A DNA stretch of 58,783 bases, the filler included, from Sphacelaria rigidula (lineage: Eukaryota), in NCBI GenBank assembly GCA_964200075.2. It is 4 parts of 4 records of this genome, joined end to end, with 100 filler letters (N's around TTAATTAATTAA, not from the genome) between each part and the next. Parts side by side here need not be neighbours in the genome. Positions count along the whole stretch, not along the records: positions 44,167 to 58,783 come from CAXNAA020002143.1; 3 more parts are not named here. One strand, written 5' to 3'. The notes under the pieces are model-generated. The model was not told where the DNA came from, searched no databases, and saw nothing but the letters and a program-made list of their open reading frames with translations. Below, piece by piece: positions 49,390 through 58,783 of the stretch. Every line of letters starts with the position of its first letter. Within the stretch, counting starts at the first letter, position 1. A program made the position numbers and the translations under genes.

Positions 49390-51345
49390 GAATTATTCGA
49401 AAACGGTTTGTACGGGAATTGAATTATACCTGAAAACGCGGCATTTTCCCCTTGCAACAACGTACGAGCTGGGCTAGCCAACAGTGGGTAGTTATCTCGC
49501 TCAGGCGAAGCACAGCGTGAAATCAGGAGTCGGACGCTGAAATTTTGACAGCAGCTCATCATTATTGATATGTAGGACATCTCGAGAGCAGCAAAGAAAA
49601 AAAGAGAAGAAAGGAAGTTACGGGGATTTGAAATATCAGCGAAAACAAGATAGTGTCACCAGTCAGGAGAAATACGAGAATCTGCAGCTGCTCCCGTGAT
49701 GTATCGTTTTCCTGGGTGCAGAAGGCCTTCGTGAAATTTCAGCTCAAGAGTCGTCGAATTGGACCGTGCGTGCAACGTTTTGTGTGACACAGCCGAGTCC
49801 CTATAACTCAAGTGATACGGGAGACCCCAATTATGGAAGTCAGGGTTCGAATCCCGACGTATTATCTCTTGTTTTCGCCCGTCGTTAATGTCATTTGTTA
49901 TGTTTCACATCTTCTTCATTTTCATCTTCATTCAGCGGCGATGCCGTGTGTTACCAGGTTGGTCTGCGATTCCCAGTGGTATGCTTACACCGGGTTCATT
50001 CGAGAAAGTAAGAAAGCTTTAGTGTGGACAAAGCTTCCCCGCTTTCAGGCCGGCCCAGCTGTAATAAAGCCCTGATTATCCTCAAATTTGGTTTTTTCGC
50101 CAAGTATGGGTGCCACGAATGGAAAAAAGAATCGTTGAATAATATTTCGAAGTTAATACGCTCTCAACCGGCTTCCGGGGGTCCCAGCATGAACCAGCGT
50201 GGAGACCCCAAGAAGCCGGTGTAGATTTGTTCATAACTCAAAATTCGAAATCCGACTCACCCCGACGTAATCTGACAAATGTTTCGACAAATTTTCGTTG
50301 TGCACCTCGATAAACGTATCCCAAACGGTCCATGTAAGCTCAAGGGCAAAGGAAAACGTGGGTAGTGTATCATATTCAAGTAATTCGTGGAGATTTCGCG
50401 TATATTCGTGTATTTCAATGCACATACTGACAATTCTTCACGCCGTTTTTCCAGACACCTCATCGGATCCGGGATGTCTGGCGGAAAAAGATCGGAAGAT
50501 CCCATTAATACAGAGTTTGTGATCAGAGAGTTTCCGAGGACGTTTTTTTCCCCATCATCCATCACAACCGCCATGCTCATCACAATGGCCCATGCACAAA
50601 GTAAAAAAGCTCGGGATCGCGATCAGAAGACCTCCCTTCCCCCAATAGTGTGCGTTTTTCCTCGGAAGGGATGCGTGGTCAACGGTCAGGAAAGTCTAGT
50701 CACGAAGCCGCCTCATGGTGTTTTCAATTCATTACACAAGTTCCACGTTTGAAGTACCACATCTCGGAAACAATGAGCTCACCGAGTTCCGAATCTTGCA
50801 GAGTTTTTTCAACCCGGGAACCAACTTTAGTTTCACAAGTGGGACAACGCCTGGCAGTCCAACCACTTTGGTATAGATTACTCGTTCTTCATCCCCGCCA
50901 AATTCGGCGGTGATGGGAACAATCGAGTCTGGTGCCTGAAATTCACAAATACGCCTATTTCCTCGCGTGCTTCGACATTAAGACCTCCCGGAATATGACT
51001 ATATTTAGCGTGGCATGGGTGAAGATCTCGACCTACTACCTACTTATATCGGACGAAAAGCTCAAGGAGAAAGCTCGACATAACATTGAACTCGGGGGAG
51101 CTACTTCTCTTTCATCTTTTCGTGGCGTATCTGTTCATCTTTTCATTTCTGGCGATTTGTCTCGAGTATGGAATAGCAGGGACGGAATTGGGAAGACGAG
51201 CCCACGCCTGTGACCACGGGTTCGCGAGATCGGACTTGTGTGTGGAAAAACTACTGATTACAAGGTTCCACTTCGGGACGTTGGTATGGGCCTCTCGGGG
51301 GTGACGCAAGTCGAAGATATATATTTTGTCAAGTTTTTCACCACC

Positions 51346-51475
51346 TGATTTGATTGATTGATCGATTGATTAATTATCGCACTTCGACTGACCCCCTAGG
51401 GGTCCAGCTGTGGTCTCATGATAGACGTAACCAAGAAAAACGGAACTGAAACACGCTCAAGGGGAAGAGAAAAAA
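51346..51475 (-). mobile_element. 5'-truncated LINE-like 3' end with (CAAT)n tail
   Basis: Minus strand: gagcgtgtttcagttccg...ggttacgtctatcatgagaccacagctggacccctagggggtcagtcgaagtgcgataattaatcaatcgatcaatcaatc. Confidence 0.75.
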
Positions 51476-51479
51476 CTCA

Positions 51480-52828
51480 AAGAGGCTTTTGTGGTTCGTG
51501 ATCGACACCGCGCGAAGAAGGGCCAGTTTGAGCGACTTCCGGTGACCAGAACACGCGCCACAGGTATCAGATGCCGCCCAAACCCGAACGGTAACGTAGC
51601 GCTGAGCCTTCTCGGTACGCTGCAAAAGGACGCGTGAAAAATAATGCCTTAACGCCAGAGGAAACTCGGCAAAAGCGGTGAAAATGTGAAATGATACATG
51701 TACACAATAATTTACATTGCGCGCAAAAGCACTGACAGCGCTTGCACGACCACGACTCCTGAGGTGAGTACCTTTACAGTCGATACCGAGATAGGTACCG
51801 CGGAAAATGACATCATCCAGAGTGTACCCAATACGGATCGATGCTCGTTTGCCGGGGCAGGAGCCACCCAGCAGGTCATGATGTGGAAGTGAGCGCATCT
51901 GCGTGTCTGAAAATGCATCCACGGACGTTTCACACAGTGTGGGCCGAGGGGACTTCGTTTTGAGGGCGTATCGATGGCATTGCCCAGAATCCGTCTTCAC
52001 TTCGTGCGTCTGGCGCATCACGTAAAACGTGCCACCGATCCGGAATATGCTGTCTGTGTTGTGGTGTACCTCTGTACCAATTTTCAGGCTGCTTCGTTAA
52101 GACACGGGGGAGAAATCCACAAGCAAAGTAACGCTTGACTTGTACTGAAAATACAGTGCTGAGCCGTCGAAGGATACATGAGGTGCGTACTCGTATGATT
52201 CTCCCCGCCATCCCCGTCAAAAGGATAAAACTGTCAACCCTGTCACAAGCATATCCCTGCGCCAGTACTTCACATATTCATCCTTCGGGTTGCCTGATCA
52301 CAGGAATTTCGGCACCCCGCTTTGCTGGTTTTACACAGTTGACCCACAGTGGGGACGTTTGCCCACGTGCGTGTCTTGTTCAACTCATCGAAGGCTCACC
52401 GCACGGTCTGGTGTTCGCTACTGACTAAGGCCACGGTAATGTTCAACTGTTTTCAACTGCGTTGCTCTCATGTTCTCGTGACAGTGGCGGCGTAAGCGGT
52501 GTACTCGTGCTCCCGAATGAACGAGAACCTATGAAGAGTAACACGGGGGGAAAATACCCCGCCAACCATCATCGTGCTGCTTGAAGTGTTTCATAAACTT
52601 GGGAAGACTTTTGTGACCCGGGATCGGCACCCCGCGAAAAAGACCCTGTGCGGGCGACTTTCGATGGCCAGGACACGCGCCACAGTCATCAAATGACACC
52701 CTAACCTGAACGATGATGTACCGCTGCGCCTCCTTCGTGCACTGCAAAAGGAAGCGCGTGATGAAATGCCTTGCCGCCAGAGGAAACTCGGCCAAAGTGG
52801 TGAAAAAAGTGAAATGATACATGTACAT
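51480..52828. repeat. Diverged ~225-bp direct duplication (51480-51705 and 52602-52828) in an eIF3f intron
   Basis: Shared cttttgtg, acacgcgccacag, ctgcaaaagga.gcgtga, cgccagaggaaactcggc.aaag and gtgaaatgatacatgtaca. Confidence 0.8.
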
Positions 52829-52847
52829 TCATCACACGTTCACTCAC

Positions 52848-52973
52848 CAAGCTAGCCATTTGGCTCTCCACTGCCGCAAGCCCCTCCGGCGTGGTAAACG
52901 GGGCATCCTGTCCCTTCACCATCCGGTCTATGCAAATCCGCTCCGCCTCACTCGACACCACTTCTACCTTCAC
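52848..52973 (-). CDS. EIF3F: eIF3 subunit F, internal exon
   Basis: ggcag|VKVEVVSSEAERICIDRMVKGQDAPFTTPEGLAAVESQMASL|gtgagt, phase 0/0; contains the EAER(I/V)..D motif of eIF3f-type MPN C-termini. Confidence 0.88.
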
Positions 52974-54364
52974 CTGCCACCGCCGCCAGAGGACGATCAC
53001 TTACTACGATCAGCTCTCGGCTTTCAATCGATATGGTGATGGTTACTCCTTCAACAAACGTTGCGAGGTGGGGGCAGCGCTGGCTCACTTGAGTGGAGGT
53101 GGGTCAACCTAATATCGGAAACTACCTCGAAGTGATGAACCTAGAGAACGGTAGTACGTCCACGAGCACATTGACGGTACGCCCATCTAATATCGGAATC
53201 TACCTCCGAGTGATCAACCTAGTGAACGAATGTATGTCCACGAGCTTCTTGACGCTGGACGGTCAAAAGATACGCGGATCCTAGTTTGCGGCGCTACCGC
53301 ACGTTACACACCACAAAATAGGATTCCGGAAAACATCATTTCTTGTTATTCCAGAGTGCGCAAATATCTCAGGGCCAGAGAGGAGAATAGAGAAAAAAAT
53401 ACATCAAGAAAAGGTTGAGGGGATACCACATTTGATGGATGGACAACTAATTCTTCGTTACAATCTGATCCCGAGATATCTGCACTGTGAACTGACAAAA
53501 AGCGTCTAGCAAAACTCTACATTGCTCGGGGACACGACAACCTCGGCAAGATTTTTCGAAAAGTAACGAACTCATGGCGGCGCTTCCAGTCGGAAAACTG
53601 CACATCGATAGTCAACCAAACAAAGTCGTTGTATCGTCGACGACTGCATTAGGATCCTTCGGAGGATGACAATTTCAAGTATCCAAAAGAGGTGCAGGAT
53701 CTGTTTCAGTTCTTCCTGGCATCGGAGGCGCTTTCCGGAGCTCTGCCAACGTGCATCACCCCGCTCCTCACGGCGTTTTTTTGTTCCAAGGGCTCTGGGT
53801 ATGCCTCAGGTTGCTGTAGTAGCAATATCATGTTATCAACCACGCGACTTGGGAATTCGTCAACCCTTGGACCGCGAGGGTAATCCATCTGGACAATGTA
53901 TACCTTTTGCGAGTGAGATTGATGCGGATTCAAAAAATGACCTACTCTTTCCGTCTGAGGGTTGAGGCTAACGTTTTCGTAAAATAAAATGTATGGTTGG
54001 AGACACCTTCCTTCACAACACGTACCTTGTCCATGCAGCAAATCTTGCGTAGGGTCTTACTTTCCCCAGGTATACTTGGTATCCTACTGTCGAGTGAGGA
54101 TTTGGTGACCCAACAGCGTGACCTGTGAACCGAGACCATATAGTGACCAGCATTGTCCGGACGACACCCAACGTTCGGGAAACAAACCGAACAATCTCAC
54201 TTTGGACACGTAAAGATCGAAGCAAAATACATGCAGGCAACAATATTCAACCATTACTTGCAATTATCTCGAAACGCTCTTCAAGGTGCAGAACACAGAC
54301 ATGGCCGCCCGGGATTCGACGCATACATGGTGGCCCGAGGACACCCTTCATGATCAATACCCAC

Positions 54365-54445
54365 CTCGTGGAAAACGTTCGCCAAAGCTGCACCAGCAAT
54401 TTCCAGAGGAGTGCTGATGAAAGCTTTGCACCCCACGATGTTATC
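54365..54445 (-). CDS. EIF3F: eIF3 subunit F, internal exon (end of MPN domain); exons further 5' and 3' not found in this contig
   Basis: ctgcag|DNIVGCKAFISTPLEIAGAALANVFHE|gtgggt, phase 0/0; resembles eIF3f IKA(F/Y)VS..L......L...F.E. Confidence 0.85.
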
Positions 54446-56415
54446 CTGCAGCGACAAAAATACACCACGAAGAAGTGTGTGAGGCAACACAAAGCTTGAG
54501 AAATTGGGACATTTCCGACAATAAAACGCACTACCGCACCCTTTCACATCCCAGGTCGACCCCTGTACATGTACATTTGGTGATGGCTTCCACAATATTT
54601 TGATGAAAAATAGATCGACCGGAGTCACAACTGAAGTTAGTGGTATAGTTTCGTCAAGTTTCGATGTATACTTGTTGCCGAAACGCGGACCATCACCCCC
54701 TCTCCCCCTCCGGAACATGAAACCATGCGAAAAGCCACGTTACATGGGGATCCGCGCGGGGGTCGAGGCGTTGCATTTCGATCGTGAAGCCTCACGTAGT
54801 ACCGGAAGCTTCCCTCGCAGTATATTTTTATTCCTCATGAATGGTACAAAAAAAATTGAACATGATCGCTTCACGGTAAGGATGGGATCACACCCTAAGA
54901 GCCAGTTGGGATATTGTAGTCAACGTCACACATCTCGAAGGACGAGTGGCGACGCCTCCGTCCGAAAAAATTCTAGGCGTCCTCATGAAGCGGGAGGTTG
55001 GTTGACAAGGAGGCATTACGGCAAGGCTTTTTTCTTGCCGAGATTTAAAAAACAAACTTGAAACGAAAAAATAATCCAAAAGTAGCACGTTGATTTGGCC
55101 TCTGGGTGGGTCAATGGTTGCGCCGACTTTCATCATGCTGTTGCTTCCGGGTGATTGTTTCGTCTCACGCCTCTTTCTCTCGTGTCGCCATGATACGGCC
55201 CAAGGCGTTACAGCGCGATCGGAACATTCACTCAATTTGTACAGAAACATGATATACTCGCGGTATGTGAAAAGTCCACACCCTAGACGAATAGGTTTCA
55301 TTGCCAAAGAGTGTGCTGCGTACAACAGTATCGACCATCACCTCTACTGCAACAGACATCAGATATCATTGTCGAAAGCTGTGTTGTCCCATCCAAGAGT
55401 GTACTGCGGACAGTATTGACCAGTGTGTCTGTTGCAATGCACGATAGATAATATCGTCAGAGGATGTACTGCGTACAGTATCGGATATTGCGTCTACTCC
55501 GTGAAATTATGACAGTGTAAATAACTGTCCAGGGTGTAGAGAAGTCACCAAGCTCGCCGTCAGAATTGTCCCCGCGAACTTGTGTAAAACACGGCAACTC
55601 GCAAAGCCAACCTGCGCTGTCACAGATCTTTTTGACGTGATCTTGCTAAGAAGAAATCAACCTCAATCGCTTCAGGTATCTATTTGCTTGGTTACCATCA
55701 CAGCCGCCAGATGTGTGCCCGCCATACGACGTTGTCTATCCGAGGGCGGTACAGCGATCATTCGAGATTTTCATCACAAAAAGTAACCCGACACCAACCG
55801 CACCATGGTGAGGTACAGCGATGGAATCCAACCATGGATGGGTCATTATTCCCCCCCCACGGACTTCGACGGTGAAAAAAACCGACTCGTACCCCGTAGC
55901 TTTCACGATTCGCGGTAGTAGTTAAAGGTTCTCTACAAAGGCGGCGTTCCCCGGTGAGCTTCTGACCATCCTCTCAGTCACCGGCACAGATCGTCTCCAC
56001 AAGGGATGCGTCACTGACGTCTTTTCAAGGGCATTTTTTTGGGATAAGCGTCGGAAACTTGTTTCGCCCCCTCCCATTAAACGACGGTTGTGGTATTGAT
56101 GCCGCGGAACCCCCCGGTTGGGCTCTCAGGTAGTCAGCATGGACTCAGCCGTAAACATGGAACATTCGAGCCAAGAGCGGGGATGAAACAGAGGCTTTCG
56201 TCACATGAAGCTCGACATGAAAATGCCGTCAGATCATTTCGTGAAAACTGTTGATACAAGGGTAATGGTTGTTGACATGGGTAATTGGTTTTACTATATC
56301 TTGAGGAGGCATTGTCACCGTCGGAATTTCAAAACATCGGCTGGGAAGCCTCCGTATTTCTCCTCTCAAACGACCGTAGTCAGCTCACGGTGGAACGATC
56401 ATCAAAATAGATGCT

Positions 56416-57001
56416 GTGCCTCAGTCCATCGTAGTCTTATGTTGCTTCCTCAGTGTCAGGTCAGCATCAAAGTCTTTACAAAGTTCGGCATCACCGGCTG
56501 TCCTACTCGACAACTTCAACGCATTTTACTACTAAGCGCAGTCATGACCCAGCACACCCATACTGCTAAAACGCTGATAGTGCCTCAGTCCATCGTAGTC
56601 TTATGTTGCTTCCTCAGTGTCAGGTCAGCATCAAAGTCTTTACAAAGTTCGGCATCACCGGCTGTCCTACTCGACAACTTCAACGCATTTTACTACTAAG
56701 CGGAGTCATTACCCGGCACACCCATACTGCTAAAACGCTGATAGTGCCTCAGTCCATCGTAGTCTTATGTTGCTTCCTCAGTGTCAGGTCAGCATCAAAG
56801 TCTTTACAGAGTTCGGCATCACCGGCGGTCCTACTCGACAACTTCAACGCATTTTACTACTAAGCGCAGTCATGACCCAGCACACCCATACTGCTAAAAC
56901 GCTGATAGTGCCTCAGTCCATCGTAGTCATATGTTGCTTCCTCAGTGTCAGGTCAGCATCAAAGTCTTCAACAGAGTTCGGCATCACCGGCGGTCCTACT
57001 C
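56416..57001 (+). repeat. 164-bp tandem repeat, ~3.6 near-identical units (starts 56416, 56580, 56744, 56908)
   Basis: gtgcctcagtccatcgtagtc recurs at exact 164-nt spacing with no unique spacers. Confidence 0.95.
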
Positions 57002-57474
57002 AACGAAAACCAACTCGATCATTTACGAATGTAGGTGTTTACCACAGTACAAACCCATGCTGTTCCACGGTTAGGACAAATAAAGATTTATACGAAATGA
57101 CGCCCAACGATATGACAGGGATCCACCTGTATTCAAGTGTTGGTCCCGCATGCACCCAACGGTGAATCACCCATGGAGTGCAGTCATCTCAACCGCATTC
57201 GTATTGGGAGAAAAGTACGACCGATGCTAAATCCATGTCATGACAGGATTGAACGATGTAACGACTCTTCGTCCCGCACGGAGACGTATGCATGACGTAG
57301 ATGTAGATGCCGTTCACGCCTCATCGTTAGTGTGAGTGGCATGTACAACCGATCCATTCAACATTCTTTTACAGGGGGTCATCACGTGTTCATGACCTAC
57401 TCCTCATGACCCAAAGGGTAGGAAACAGGTGCCGTTGACGGTGTGCTTTACGACACAAGAGCTCAAATTTTCGG

Positions 57475-57580
57475 ATTGATTGAATATCGCACGTCAACTA
57501 ACCCTCCAGGGATCCAGCCGTTGTCCCATAAAAGACGTACCTAAGAGAATCGACACTGTAACACGCTCCAAGGGGAAAAT
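57475..57580 (-). mobile_element. LINE-like 3' tail copy
   Basis: gattgattgaatatcgcacgtcaactaaccctccagggatccagccgttgtcccataaaagacgtacc...acacgctccaagggga; colinear with 51346-51475. Confidence 0.7.
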
Positions 57581-57738
57581 GAATTAAAAAAGGAGAATAA
57601 AACGGAAAAGAAGAGAAAAATGAAATAAAAAAGAAATTCAAAACCTGTATGAATTCCAAATGATGTATGACCCGTATAGTTTATTCGTCGGAATGATGGA
57701 ACATGAGTTGACTCACGATTTTATTTGTCTCAAAAGTG

Positions 57739-57827
57739 TACTGTTCAAACGCCGAAAGTGCCTCAGTCCATCGTAGTCTTGTGTTGCTTCCTCAGTGTCA
57801 GGTCAGCATCAAAGTCTTTACAGAGTT
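57739..57827 (+). repeat. Detached partial unit of the 164-bp repeat
   Basis: gtgcctcagtccatcgtagtcttgtgttgcttcctcagtgtcaggtcagcatcaaagtctttacagagtt. Confidence 0.9.
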
Positions 57828-58161
57828 GAGACATCATCGGCAACAGTCTCACCCTCATGCCAGGAAGATACAGTGAAATCAGTGCATGGCCTTCGACCCG
57901 GAAACAGAAGAATCGAATACGGAAGGAAGGATATGGCCATCACGATACCAAGCCGCTCCAAACACCGCGTAATCTTTTCGATGATGAGCAAGAGAACACA
58001 TCTCCACATAAACGCCATCACTAGTGCAAAGTGAACAATCCAAGGGTCATGACATCAACCACAGGCAACAAAAAGAGGGCGAAATCAATCCACGAATGCG
58101 AGTGTAGTGGCAGCTGGCTCATACGAGCTGGGCCAGCCTAGAGGCGGATTTAAAGTTTGCA

Positions 58162-58439
58162 GGCCCATGCTCCCACCAATATCTAGAGTTGGACCCTGAA
58201 ATTTGGTATCGACAATGCATAGGGCATGAAAAACATTACAGCGGCACCAAAAGTTTTTTCATCATTTTTTCATGAGTTGAAGGCATTTTGCTGACAAGGA
58301 ATAACTGAGTATTGCCCTCAACTCATGGAAAAATCAAAGAAAAAAAATGGTGCCGCTGCAATTTGTTTCTTCATGCTCTATGCATAGTCCATATCAAATT
58401 TCAAGGTCCAACTCCAAATATTGGCGGTAGCATGGGCCT
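58162..58439. mobile_element. Foldback MITE or palindrome with ~125-bp arms
   Basis: aggcccatgctcccaccaatat...gagttggacc...tgcatagggcatgaa...cagcggcacca...catgagttga pairs with tcaactcatg...tggtgccgctg...ttcatgctctatgca...ggtccaactc...atattggcggtagcatgggcct. Confidence 0.85.
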
Positions 58440-58783
58440 TTCAAAAACAGGGTCGGTAGAAATTCGGAAAAGTATTTCGCAGGCCACTCACTGGCCCATG
58501 TTTGATTTTCGTGTATTGAAATCGTGTGAGCGCTCTCTAAGGCATAATCAACAAAACAAAGTGGATCAGGTTGCTCTCCTTCATATTTTTTTCACTGGTT
58601 TAGGGCTTTCTACCATGGTAACGACCATTTTTTCACGAGAACGCCCTCACCTCCACGAAAAACATGAAAAAAATGGAAGGCTCACTTTTTTTTAATTCGG
58701 CACTCTTTTGTGGTTCTTCAAACCAAAATTCGTCGCCATCCGCTAAATGCATCGATCGGGAGTTTCATAGAGATTTTAGTATT

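Noticed and set aside
1947-49860. tRNA genes at 1947, 4758, 5107, 28047 and ~49800
   Set aside because: A/B boxes are present but no complete cloverleaf or Pol III terminator was seen; most continue into SINE bodies.
54061-54122. Extra eIF3f exon (cacag...gtaaga)
   Set aside because: It contains an in-frame TAG, and the flanking eIF3f exons already join in phase without a gap in the expected protein.
56416-57001. CRISPR-like array
   Set aside because: The whole 164-bp unit is repeated with no unique spacers, no cas-like ORFs are present, and the context is eukaryotic.
56205-57165. Repetitive ORFs (MLLPQCQVSIK...)
   Set aside because: The 164-bp unit is not a multiple of 3, so frames shift each unit; these are by-products of the tandem array.

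Overview
Eukaryotic, intron-rich and transposon-rich DNA, most likely from a brown alga or related stramenopile (inferred from the 5S rRNA-like sequence and the gene and intron style). The window is not one locus. It is four contigs of descending length (1-14624, 14725-29346, 29447-44066, 44167-58783, i.e. 14624/14622/14620/14617 bp) joined by artificial 100-nt N44-TTAATTAATTAA-N44 linkers. Contig 1 holds the last three exons of a Rab5 GTPase (minus strand), with SINEs in its introns and nested DNA transposons upstream of the last exon found. Contig 2 holds an orphan low-complexity ORF and a multi-exon PH + ankyrin + WW protein gene, with one GC-AG intron and a possible 30-nt micro-intron. Contig 3 holds one ~2-kb low-complexity exon and decayed coding-like sequence. 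Contig 4 holds three internal exons of eIF3 subunit F (minus strand), a long palindrome and a 164-bp tandem array. The best candidate for something undescribed is a modular SINE system: a near full-length 5S rRNA head (SINE3-like) and tRNA-derived heads are each fused to a related stem-loop 3' tail, which also occurs alone as truncated LINE-like ends. All alignments and family assignments were made by eye, without database searches.
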